Notes under the pieces: model-generated | Databases searched by the model: none | The model's input: the letters and a program-made list of their open reading frames with translations, nothing else | What the model was told of the DNA's origin: nothing | Shown here: positions 54,386 through 62,618 of the stretch, piece after piece | How positions within the stretch are numbered: the stretch's first letter is position 1 | How the letters are laid out: each line of letters starts with the position of its first letter | Program-made: the position numbers and the translations under genes | DNA from: Acidimicrobiia bacterium | GTDB taxonomy: Bacteria > Actinomycetota > Acidimicrobiia > Spongiisociales > ZC4RG35 | Direction of reading: 5' to 3' | Assembly: GCA_040510135.1 (NCBI GenBank) | Contig: JBEVJN010000061.1 | Span: 18,469-82,468, forward strand | Length of the DNA stretch: 64,000 nucleotides

Positions 54386-55236
54386 GGCGTGGTGGTCTCC
54401 TCGGTGGGTGTCTCCCCTTCGGGGGCAGGCTCCTCATCGGTGGGGGCCTCGTCGGATGTTTCCTCTTCGGGCGCTGCGGCCTCCTCGAGGGTCGCCGACT
54501 CGCTCATGTACGCCACCAGGGCATCGAGATCCTCGGATGAGAGCGACAATGACGGATGGTCGTCGAGCCCGAGGATGATCGCCTCGATCTGACTGGCCGT
54601 GATCCGCGCTCCGACATTGGACAGATCCGGTCCGAATCGCCGCGATCCGAGCACCTGATTGGTGTCGTTCAGCGACACCGCCCCGAGACCGACATCGGCC
54701 ACCACCGGACGAACCATCTGCGTGTGGCAGGAAGCACAGCCGACCGACTGGTAGATCTCTTGCCCCTGCAGGGCCGTCTCGGTGTAGGGCAGGTCGCTGG
54801 TCCGCGCGCCCGGGTTCTCGGTGGGCAACGAGGGACCGATCACACCGACCAGGAAGAGGGCGACGAAGAGCCCCACCGCCCCGACCAGCACTGCGATCGG
54901 GTTGTCGGACTCTCCAACGAGTACCGGTGGCTTCCCCGGAGGAGTCGGGGCGGTGACCGGAGGAACCCGCGGCGTTTCGATCACTGGCGTTGGCGTCGGT
55001 GACGGAGCGGCGTCCGACTCTGCGGGCTCTTCGGTAGACGTCGCCGGCTCCTTGGCAGCTTCGGGCTCCGCTGGCGTGGGTGGCGCGGGTGGAGGGATGT
55101 CGCCACCGCCGGCCCAAGCGGTCAGCACGTCGTCCACGGTCATCCCGGTCTCTTCGGCGCGAGCCGCAGCAGAGCGCTCCACGATGGCCTCCGGGATGCC
55201 AAGAGCGGCGGCTGCAGCCGCGCTCAGCTCACTCAT
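54382..55236 (-). CDS. CcoO/FixO-like monohaem cytochrome c subunit
   Basis: The ATG at 55236 gives the same N-terminal motif (GIPEAIVERSAAARAEETGMTVDDVLTAWAGG) and a TM helix. ALQGQEIYQSVGCASCHTQMVRP...GSRRFGPDLSNVGAR...DLDALVAYM matches the FixO family as I recall it. Confidence 0.8.
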   Translation of the reverse strand: MSELSAAAAAALGIPEAIVERSAAARAEETGMTVDDVLTAWAGGGDIPPPAPPTPAEPEAAKEPATSTEEPAESDAAPSPTPTPVIETPRVPPVTAPTPPGKPPVLVGESDNPIAVLVGAVGLFVALFLVGVIGPSLPTENPGARTSDLPYTETALQGQEIYQSVGCASCHTQMVRPVVADVGLGAVSLNDTNQVLGSRRFGPDLSNVGARITASQIEAIILGLDDHPSLSLSSEDLDALVAYMSESATLEEAAAPEEETSDEAPTDEEPAPEGETPTEETTTP

Positions 55237-56746
55237 CTGCGTCCCGATCGCCGCTGGCGTCCGGACCGTAGACCAGGACCTCCTGGGGGACAGCCTTGCC
55301 CGCGGTGACAGTCCCGATGACGGTGGCCGCATACGCCAGCTGACCGATGAAGGCCACTATGCCGAATCCAAAGGCGACGAGCATCAGGACCTCGGCCGAC
55401 CCTGCACCGGCGGCCCATCCCTCGCCGGCGTTCACGTAGGCAGCGCTGTTCGACCCTGCCACCCACGAGTAGCCACTGACCAGGCCGGCCCCGATCATGC
55501 TCACGGTGACCCCGCCCACCCCGACGACGGTCCAACGGTTGAACGACCTAGGCCGATCCAAGGTGGCCGGCTCGCGGCCGGCGACCCGCGGCAATGCCTC
55601 GAACACGACGCCCGCAGCCAGCAACACACCAACGCCGTACAACGCCCCGTACTCGATCGCCTCCCAGTAGGCAGTGAGTGCGGCAATCGACCCCACTGAG
55701 GGGAAGGCGGCGAAGGCAGCGAGGATGGCCACGGCTACTCCTAGGTAGAGGCCGACCACGCCTGAGACCACCCCCGGCTTGTCCCTCAATTCTTCCCAGT
55801 GCCCCTGCAGGGTCAGCGAGGCGTTGGCGGCGTTGGCCAGGGCGCCGATGGGGAAAGCGAGGCCCAATGCGGCCGACACGCCGTCGATCCAACCCGGACC
55901 CGGGCCAAAGACGAGTTGCGCCGACCCCCACCAGGCGGCGGCGAAGCCGAGCGACCAAAAACCAACCGAGGCCAGCTGGCGTGAGGCGAGAGGTATGTCC
56001 AACTCCTTGACCAGCGTGTAGTAGAAGAGCCCGCTGCCAACGGTGAACACCCAGAGCGTTACGAATCCGGCGGAGAAGAAGAGATCGGAGTATTCCGCGC
56101 CAAGGGAGCTCACGAATGGCAGGTTTCCCGCCGTGTAGACGAGATAGAGCAAGGGCAACCAGACCACTCCGCCGATCACGAACCACAGAGTGACGAAGCT
56201 CCGTTTCTCCTCCCGACGCCGGATGGTCATCATGGTGACCGCGAACGGGATGGTCAGCACCGCCAGCATCGGGAGGTGGAGCCACCAGGGCAGGCCGAGC
56301 GGCTGCCGCCCCTCGCCGAACCCGAAGAGGATGGCCAGGAGGTCGAGCACGACGAGGCCCGAGACGCCCAGGAGACCGAGATAAGCCAGCTCCTTCCGCC
56401 AGAGTCGGGCGCCGGTGAGCCGGGGGAGGACGTAATAGATTCCGCCGGCCAGCGTCAGCACCAAAAAGCCGAGCATGACGGTGATGTTGGCCATCGACTC
56501 GGCCCGGCCGTAGCTGATCGGGGAAAGCCCGGCGAATCGCAGCGAGAAGAGGGCGAAGAGCTGGAAGATGCCGGCCAACACCAGAAACAGCGCACCTACC
56601 AGGAAATGGGCAACGGCGACGCGGTCCTCATCTCCGGCCCCGAGGAGGGCCCTGATGTCTGCAGTTTGGGTTGCGGCCAAGGGTTCCCTCGTCGCGGAAC
56701 GGGACGGCGGGAGCATAACTACTTCCTCGATTCCTTCTGCAGCCAC
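55229..56746 (-). CDS. CcoN-like (haem-copper oxidase subunit I fold) 12-TM protein lacking the canonical histidine ligands
   Basis: 505 aa with about 12 hydrophobic segments and an 8-nt overlap with the CcoO-like gene. Several stretches resemble CcoN blocks, but the whole protein has only three His (VAHFLV, WWLHLP, LQGHWEE). GTG start at 56746, alternative ATG at 56716. Confidence 0.7.
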   Translation of the reverse strand: MAAEGIEEVVMLPPSRSATREPLAATQTADIRALLGAGDEDRVAVAHFLVGALFLVLAGIFQLFALFSLRFAGLSPISYGRAESMANITVMLGFLVLTLAGGIYYVLPRLTGARLWRKELAYLGLLGVSGLVVLDLLAILFGFGEGRQPLGLPWWLHLPMLAVLTIPFAVTMMTIRRREEKRSFVTLWFVIGGVVWLPLLYLVYTAGNLPFVSSLGAEYSDLFFSAGFVTLWVFTVGSGLFYYTLVKELDIPLASRQLASVGFWSLGFAAAWWGSAQLVFGPGPGWIDGVSAALGLAFPIGALANAANASLTLQGHWEELRDKPGVVSGVVGLYLGVAVAILAAFAAFPSVGSIAALTAYWEAIEYGALYGVGVLLAAGVVFEALPRVAGREPATLDRPRSFNRWTVVGVGGVTVSMIGAGLVSGYSWVAGSNSAAYVNAGEGWAAGAGSAEVLMLVAFGFGIVAFIGQLAYAATVIGTVTAGKAVPQEVLVYGPDASGDRDADE

Positions 56747-56795
56747 GACACTTGGCGCGATGGGCCGCTACCAGGGTTCTCTCACGAGACCCGGG

Positions 56796-56813
56796 TTGTG
56801 GTAGAAACCACGT
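56796..56813. promoter_or_regulatory. candidate Rex-type operator in the divergent intergenic region
   Basis: TTGTGGTAGAAACCACGT has GTG-N8-CAC core spacing and palindromic GTGGT/ACCAC arms. It lies in the 99-bp region between the two respiratory operons, and rex is encoded at the end of the cluster. Confidence 0.3.
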
Positions 56814-56845
56814 GAACAGATATACGAACGCGCCGAAGACGAGAG

Positions 56846-57451
56846 ATGTATCGCCTCGCAGAACTGAGCGACAGCAGACGCAAGAGCATCGGATGGGGAC
56901 TGCTCGGTCTCGGCTTCGTCGGTCTCGTGGCGGCGGTGATCTGGATCCACTACACGAGCCTCCCTCCGGAGCAAGACGCGGGCATCTTCGATTGGATACC
57001 TAGCAATCACTTGTTGAAGGGTGTCGGTTATCTGGTCGTGTTCGGCGCCTCGCAGATGATGGTGGTTGGTGCGTTGTTCATCTGGGTGCTCAACCAGAGG
57101 ATGACCTGGGCCCGTGCGCTCTTCGCTTCCTTCGTCACGTGGATCGAGCTCGTCATCATCTTCGGGATGGTTCCCTCGGAGTGGCTCAACTTCGCCCAGA
57201 CCGATCTCGACTGGTCGTCACAACGGGTGGCGGTCACGATCCCGCCGTTCCTGGTGCTGGGCAACGAAGTCCAACTCAGCTGGGCCGCCATCAAGGACTC
57301 GATCTCGATGGGCTATCACCTGGTGATGCTGGCGGCGGCGGCGGTGTTCGCGCTTCAGCTGCAGAAGATGAAAAAGGGCCCGCCGGCCTCGGCCGAGAAG
57401 GCCCCGCCCCGCTCGCCTTACGGGCGTCCGCTGGTCAGGGGTGAAGGCTGA
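56846..57451 (+). CDS. four-TM membrane protein, first gene of the cytochrome b/Rieske operon
   Basis: 201-aa ORF whose stop overlaps the ferredoxin start (TGATG). TM segments include IGWGLLGLGFVGLVAAVIWI, VGYLVVFGASQMMVVGALFIWVL, LFASFVTWIELVIIFGMV and MGYHLVMLAAAAVFALQL. I recognise no motif. Confidence 0.65.
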   Translation: MYRLAELSDSRRKSIGWGLLGLGFVGLVAAVIWIHYTSLPPEQDAGIFDWIPSNHLLKGVGYLVVFGASQMMVVGALFIWVLNQRMTWARALFASFVTWIELVIIFGMVPSEWLNFAQTDLDWSSQRVAVTIPPFLVLGNEVQLSWAAIKDSISMGYHLVMLAAAAVFALQLQKMKKGPPASAEKAPPRSPYGRPLVRGEG

Positions 57452-57900
57452 TGCCCAAGGGTGTCGTCGACGAGACGCCCCCGTACCGCGACGACTATCA
57501 GTTGGCCGTCGTAGAGGGCGACTACTTCACCGACAAGCTGCGGCCGAAGCAGTTTCTCCACATCGACCAGTCGGAGTGCATCCTCTGTGAAGGATGCGTC
57601 GACATCTGCCCTTGGAAGTGCATCCACTATCTCTCGCTCGATGCCATCACCGAAGGAGTCAATGTCGACCACCCGGGCGAGGACCCACAGAACCTCGGCT
57701 TTTTCGTGGTCGATGAGGACGAGTGCACACGATGTGCCCTCTGCGTCGACCGGTGTCCGACGAACGTCATCACCCTGGGCAAGTTCGAGGGCTCACTTGC
57801 CGATCAGGCCGCCGAGCTCGGTCTCGACCGTCGCCCCTGGGATTTCGACACCGGGCAGCGTGACTTCAAGAATGGATACGCCTACGGGATGCGCTGGTAG
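57451..57900 (+). CDS. 2x[4Fe-4S] ferredoxin-domain protein
   Basis: Two canonical cluster motifs, [12 protein letters not shown] and [12 protein letters not shown], in a 149-aa ORF. Confidence 0.85.
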   Translation: MPKGVVDETPPYRDDYQLAVVEGDYFTDKLRPKQFLHIDQSECILCEGCVDICPWKCIHYLSLDAITEGVNVDHPGEDPQNLGFFVVDEDECTRCALCVDRCPTNVITLGKFEGSLADQAAELGLDRRPWDFDTGQRDFKNGYAYGMRW

Positions 57901-57908
57901 GAGGCGGA

Positions 57909-58685
57909 TTGGCCAACGGCAACGGTAAGACCGGCATCACGGACAAGATCAAAGAGGTCAACGACAAGCTCTGGGGCTCCCAGGTCGCGGAGTCGATCCT
58001 CCGTCCGGGCTCGCCCTTCAAGAAGGGTTACTCGGACAGCCCGAGGAACCGGTCGTATGTGGTCATGAACAACGTGCTGTATCACCTCCACCCGGTGAAG
58101 GTGAAGCGGCACGGCGTCAAGCTTTCCTACACGTTGTGTCTGGGCGGTCTCAGCTTCTTCCTCTTCATCCTCCTCACCATCACCGGCATCTTCCTCATGT
58201 TCTATTACACGCCGTCCGCGGAGACTGCCTATGCCGATATCGAGGCGCTGTCCACCAACGTCGCCTTTGGCTCCCTCGTGCGGAACATGCACCGTTGGGG
58301 AGCTCATCTCATGGTCCTGTCGGTATTCCTCCACATGAGCCGCGTCTTCTATCACGGTGCCTACAAGCCACCCCGCGAGTTCAACTGGGTGGTGGGCGTG
58401 CTGCTCCTCTTCCTGACCCTCTTGCTTTCCTTCTCTGGCTATTTGCTCCCCTGGGACCAATTGGCCCTGTGGGCGGTCACTGTGGGAACCAACATGGCGG
58501 GATTCGTCCCTGTGGTGGGCAATGAGGTGAAATTCGCCCTTCTGGCCGGGGTCGAGGTGTCAGGCGCCACCCTTCTCCGCTTCTACGTGCTGCACGTGCT
58601 CGCTTTCCCGTTCATCCTCGTGATCTTCCTTGCGGTGCACTTCTGGAGGGTGCGCAAGGACGGCGGCATCTCCGGGCCCCTCTAA
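57909..58685 (+). CDS. cytochrome b6-type cytochrome b (N-terminal four-helix half)
   Basis: GGAGG lies 4 nt upstream of the TTG at 57909. Helix B His pair in [17 protein letters not shown] (13 residues between). Helix D pair in [18 protein letters not shown] (14 between, b6-type). A conserved Cys sits in YTLCLGG, the haem ci position in b6. Confidence 0.9.
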   Translation: MANGNGKTGITDKIKEVNDKLWGSQVAESILRPGSPFKKGYSDSPRNRSYVVMNNVLYHLHPVKVKRHGVKLSYTLCLGGLSFFLFILLTITGIFLMFYYTPSAETAYADIEALSTNVAFGSLVRNMHRWGAHLMVLSVFLHMSRVFYHGAYKPPREFNWVVGVLLLFLTLLLSFSGYLLPWDQLALWAVTVGTNMAGFVPVVGNEVKFALLAGVEVSGATLLRFYVLHVLAFPFILVIFLAVHFWRVRKDGGISGPL

Positions 58686-58696
58686 AGGAGTCGTCA

Positions 58697-59821
58697 ATGA
58701 CAGAAATTCCAGAGAGTCTCCTCAGGAGATCGGCCGAGGCAAAGGCCAAGGCATTGGGCCTGCCTGTGGAGCAGGTGCTGGCCGAGATGAAGGGGGAGGC
58801 CCCGCCCACACCACCGCCCTCTGCAGAGCCCCCGGGTGAGCCCGAGGCGACAGTGGCGGACGAGATGGAGGAGGCTGCGGAGCGCTCCGAGGAGATCGAG
58901 GAGGCTGTGGAGTCGGTCGATGACGAGCCTGCGCCGGTAGAAGAAGAGGCGCCCGAGCCTGCGGCCGAAACCGAACCAGAGGTCGTGACCGAGAGCGCAA
59001 CCGACGTTCCCCCCGCCCCGCCCACCGAAGCCCCGCCGATCGAGGACAGCGAGGAGGCACTCACTCCCGCGGCCTCGGCTGAGTCGTCGGACGAAGCCGC
59101 GCCCGAGACAGAGGTCGAGCCTGCCGCGGCCGCGGTAGCGACCGCGGTTGAGGACCGGCCCGCCGCGGAAGGAGATGGCGGTGGCGATGGAGCCGGAGAC
59201 GGCGCGGGCAATGGGTCCGGAAACGGCGCCGGGAACGGCAAAGTGGCCGCCGTGGTGAGCACACGTCCCACCGTGCCCCCCAAGGGGACCCCGGAAGGCG
59301 TGCGGACCCAGCGTCTGCTCACCGTGGTCAAGGCCCGGGCCATCCAGACGGTCAAGGCCGAGCCAACCGACAAGGTCAACACCTGGCCCCACCTGATGCT
59401 CATGGAGTTCGGGGCGTTGCTGGCGATCACCGGTCTGGTGGTGATCATGTCGGTGGTCATCCATTCCCCGCTGCTCGACCCGGCCAACTTCAACGCCACT
59501 CCCAACCCCTCGAAGGCGCCGTGGTACTTCCTCGGCCTCCAGGAGCTTCTCTCCTACTTCGATCCGCAGATCGCCGGGGTGACGATCCCAACGATCACCG
59601 GGATCATCGGGTTCATGATGGTGCCGTATGTCGACAAGAATCCCTCGACCCGGCCCAGTGACCGCAAGTTCGCCATCGCCCTCTACTCGGTGTTCCTCGC
59701 CGGGGCCGCCACACTCACCATCTTTGGCGTCCTCTTCCGGGGCCTCGGATTCAACTTCTCCTATCCCTGGAAGGACGGGGTCTATTTCGATGACTTGAAG
59801 GACTGGGTGCAATTCGAATGA
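58697..59821 (+). CDS. cytochrome b C-terminal half (subunit IV/PetD-like) with long N-terminal extension
   Basis: AAGGAG lies upstream of the ATG. N-terminal motif IPESLLRRSAEAKAKALGLPVEQVLAEMKGE, about 150 aa of acidic/Pro/Gly-rich linker, then WPHLMLMEF...NPSKAPWYFLGLQELL (Qo-motif region) and two further TM helices. Confidence 0.85.
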   Translation: MTEIPESLLRRSAEAKAKALGLPVEQVLAEMKGEAPPTPPPSAEPPGEPEATVADEMEEAAERSEEIEEAVESVDDEPAPVEEEAPEPAAETEPEVVTESATDVPPAPPTEAPPIEDSEEALTPAASAESSDEAAPETEVEPAAAAVATAVEDRPAAEGDGGGDGAGDGAGNGSGNGAGNGKVAAVVSTRPTVPPKGTPEGVRTQRLLTVVKARAIQTVKAEPTDKVNTWPHLMLMEFGALLAITGLVVIMSVVIHSPLLDPANFNATPNPSKAPWYFLGLQELLSYFDPQIAGVTIPTITGIIGFMMVPYVDKNPSTRPSDRKFAIALYSVFLAGAATLTIFGVLFRGLGFNFSYPWKDGVYFDDLKDWVQFE

Positions 59822-60699
59822 CCCTGACCAACGCCGCCCTCTTTGCAGTCGCCGTCGTGGCGATTCTCGGGGCGGCCGGGGCATTTGCCGTTGCATATCG
59901 CCGGTCCCAGACCACCGAGAAAGCTGACCCGCTGGCCGGCGTCTCGCCGGAGACCCGCGCCGCCGACCGGTCGTCGACCGCGGTCGTGATTCCACCCCGC
60001 GTCGAGGACGTGGAGGAGACCGTCGAGGAGGAGGCCGAGGCCGAGGCCGAGTCCGAGCCGGTCGAGGTGGAGGATGACGCAGTTGTCGAGATCCTCGAGA
60101 CCCAGCGGATCGTCGAGGTCTCCCCTGAGGAAGGCGGGGTCAGCCGGCGGCAGTTCTTCAACCGCGCGATTGCCGCAACGTTTGGTGTTTTCCTCGCAGC
60201 ACAGGGTCTCTACTACCTCGCCTTCTTCTGGCCCAAGCTGACCGGTGGCTTCGGCGCGGATATCGACGCCGGGCCGGTGTCCGACCTGCGCACTCAGGTC
60301 TTCACTCCCGACGGCGCCGTGCTCCCGCTTTTCATTCCCGAGGCCCGGGCCTACCTGGTCCCTGCGCCCGAGGAGCTATCCGAGCAGTTCGAGGGCCAGG
60401 GGGTGGAGACCGACGGCCTGATGGCTCTGTACATGCGATGTGTCCACCTCGGGTGCCGGGTGCCGTGGTGCGCCCCGTCACAGGGCTTCGAGTGTCCTTG
60501 CCACGGGTCGAGGTACAACGCCATTGGCCAATACTTCGGTGGGCCTGCCCCCCGTAACCTCGACCGGTTCGTGGTGGAGAACCAGGGCGGCAATCTCATC
60601 ATCCGCACCGGCTCAATAATCCAGACGCCCCGGGCGCCGGTGTTGCTCGTCCCATACCCGCAGGGACCGAGCTGCATCAGTGCCGTGGCCGAGGCATGA
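59818..60699 (+). CDS. Rieske [2Fe-2S] subunit
   Basis: ATGA overlap with the upstream gene. Twin-arginine-like SRRQFFNRAI. Cluster boxes CVHLGC and CPCHGS. Confidence 0.9.
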   Translation: MTLTNAALFAVAVVAILGAAGAFAVAYRRSQTTEKADPLAGVSPETRAADRSSTAVVIPPRVEDVEETVEEEAEAEAESEPVEVEDDAVVEILETQRIVEVSPEEGGVSRRQFFNRAIAATFGVFLAAQGLYYLAFFWPKLTGGFGADIDAGPVSDLRTQVFTPDGAVLPLFIPEARAYLVPAPEELSEQFEGQGVETDGLMALYMRCVHLGCRVPWCAPSQGFECPCHGSRYNAIGQYFGGPAPRNLDRFVVENQGGNLIIRTGSIIQTPRAPVLLVPYPQGPSCISAVAEA

Positions 60700-62618
60700 C
60701 CGCCAACCTCATCACGGTCATCGCCCTGGTCGCAGGGATCGCCTGGCTGGGCATGCTCTTCGTGTCAGCCATCCGCAATCGCGGCGGTGAGGAGGTGGCC
60801 CCGCAACCCCGACCCGGGATCGACGCCGAGACCGTCGAGACGCGGCGGCTGGAGGGAGGGCAGAAGGCGGCGATCGCCTTCTCCGCATTCCTGGCCATAT
60901 CGCTCCCCCTCTACTTTCTCACCGAGCAGGAGCGGCAGGAGGGCTTCGTCGAGGAGTTCGCCGAGGGCTCGATCGAGCGGGGCCAGCATCTCGTCGAGGA
61001 GTTCGGCTGTTTCAACTGTCACGGACCCGAGGGGTCGGGTGGCGTTGCCCCCTATGTTGAGAAGCGCTCTGGCATCGCCGTCGAGTGGGCGGCTCCGTCG
61101 CTCAACGACGTCTTCTTCAGATACGAGGAGGACGAGGTCAACTTCTGGGTCACCTACGGTCGGGGCAACACCCCCATGCCCGCCTGGGGCATCCCAGGTG
61201 GTGGTCCGCTCAACGAACAGCAGGTCGAAGACGTGGTCAATTACCTGGCGACGATTCAGGTCACACAGGACGAGAACCTGGCCGACGTCGAGCCCGGAAT
61301 CAACACCGCGTTGGACCGGCTGGCCAACGCCGACGCCACGGTCGAGGTCGCCATCCTCGACCAACGTCAAGTGGTGGCCCAGATCGAGTCGGCGCCTGAC
61401 GACCTGGATCTCGTCGTCCCCCTTGCAACTGATGCCCGAGAAGCGCTGGACGGAGCCGGAGAAGGTATCGACACAGATGCCGACGGCATCTCCGATGCGG
61501 CAGAGAGCGAGCTCAGCGCCATCTCGGCCAAGGCGGTGGAGGGGTTCCGGATCATGGAGCCGATCGCCCTCGACCCGGAGGTGGCCGATGCCGAGCTGGC
61601 CGACGATGCTCTGGCAGCCTTGGAGCTCGCATCTCAGACCGACCCCATCGTGACAACACAAAGCCGGGCCATCGAGAGCGCCATCGAAGAAGGCACCCTC
61701 GACCCGGCGGTGGGGCTCAGCCCGGCGGCTTTGACCTCTCTGGAGGAGACCCGGGTTGCGGCGGAAGAGCTCGGCCTAGAGGTCCCCGTCGCCGTGGAGG
61801 ACCTGGATGCGGCGAACGAGTTGGTGGCTGCGCTCGATGCTGCAGGAGCCGCCGAGGAGCCGGTCGAAGGTGCAGCCGACCTGGCGGCGGAGGCGACCTC
61901 AGCGATCGAGGATGGCTCCGATCCCGATGGAGATGGGCTTTCGACGGGTGCCGAGAACGACATCAACGGCCAGATCGAAGCGGCCATCACTGCCACAACG
62001 CCGCCCGAGATCATCCCGGTCACTCTGGATCCAACCAACCCGGCCTCGGTTGGTGGGGAGCCCGATGCCGTGACCGCCAACACCCTTGTGAGCAACCTCG
62101 AGACGTTGGTCACGACCCTCTCGGTCACTGAGCAGAACCAGGATGCTCTGCTCGAAACCGCTGAGGGCGGCTTGGCCTACCTCGAGGAATCCCAACAAGC
62201 CCAGCTGTATTCGATCGATTTCGCCGGGGTGGCCGAAGCCATGGCATCCCCTCCTGAGGAGGCGGAGCGGGCAGTGGGCTTGTTCAACTCCAATTGCGCC
62301 CGGTGTCACACCGCCGGCTACAGCGCAGGTGTCCCCTACACCCAAGAGGCGGGATCGGGTGGGTTCGGGCCGGCGTTGTGGGACGGTCGGCCGACGGTTC
62401 AGTTCGGCGACGCAAATGAGGATCCGGCGCAGGATCTATTGGTCCAGTTCTTGATCAGGGGCTCCGAGGCCGAGACGCCCTACGGCATCAACGGGTTCGG
62501 TACGGGCCGTATGCCGGCCTTCGGCGCGAGCCTCAGTGTGGAGGACATCGAGCTGCTGGCCCGCTATCTCAGGGGTGGGAATATGGATGGGAAGGAGGCC
62601 ACCGTTGTTCTTCCGTGA
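60696..62618 (+). CDS. membrane-anchored dihaem cytochrome c with a large acidic insertion
   Basis: ATGA overlap with the upstream gene. Two N-terminal TM helices. CFNCHG (about aa 105-110) with PMPAWG, and CARCHT (about aa 534-539) with GRMPAFG. The intervening region is Asp/Glu/Ala-rich and carries DTDADGISD and DPDGDGLS motifs. Confidence 0.85.
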   Translation: MTANLITVIALVAGIAWLGMLFVSAIRNRGGEEVAPQPRPGIDAETVETRRLEGGQKAAIAFSAFLAISLPLYFLTEQERQEGFVEEFAEGSIERGQHLVEEFGCFNCHGPEGSGGVAPYVEKRSGIAVEWAAPSLNDVFFRYEEDEVNFWVTYGRGNTPMPAWGIPGGGPLNEQQVEDVVNYLATIQVTQDENLADVEPGINTALDRLANADATVEVAILDQRQVVAQIESAPDDLDLVVPLATDAREALDGAGEGIDTDADGISDAAESELSAISAKAVEGFRIMEPIALDPEVADAELADDALAALELASQTDPIVTTQSRAIESAIEEGTLDPAVGLSPAALTSLEETRVAAEELGLEVPVAVEDLDAANELVAALDAAGAAEEPVEGAADLAAEATSAIEDGSDPDGDGLSTGAENDINGQIEAAITATTPPEIIPVTLDPTNPASVGGEPDAVTANTLVSNLETLVTTLSVTEQNQDALLETAEGGLAYLEESQQAQLYSIDFAGVAEAMASPPEEAERAVGLFNSNCARCHTAGYSAGVPYTQEAGSGGFGPALWDGRPTVQFGDANEDPAQDLLVQFLIRGSEAETPYGINGFGTGRMPAFGASLSVEDIELLARYLRGGNMDGKEATVVLP

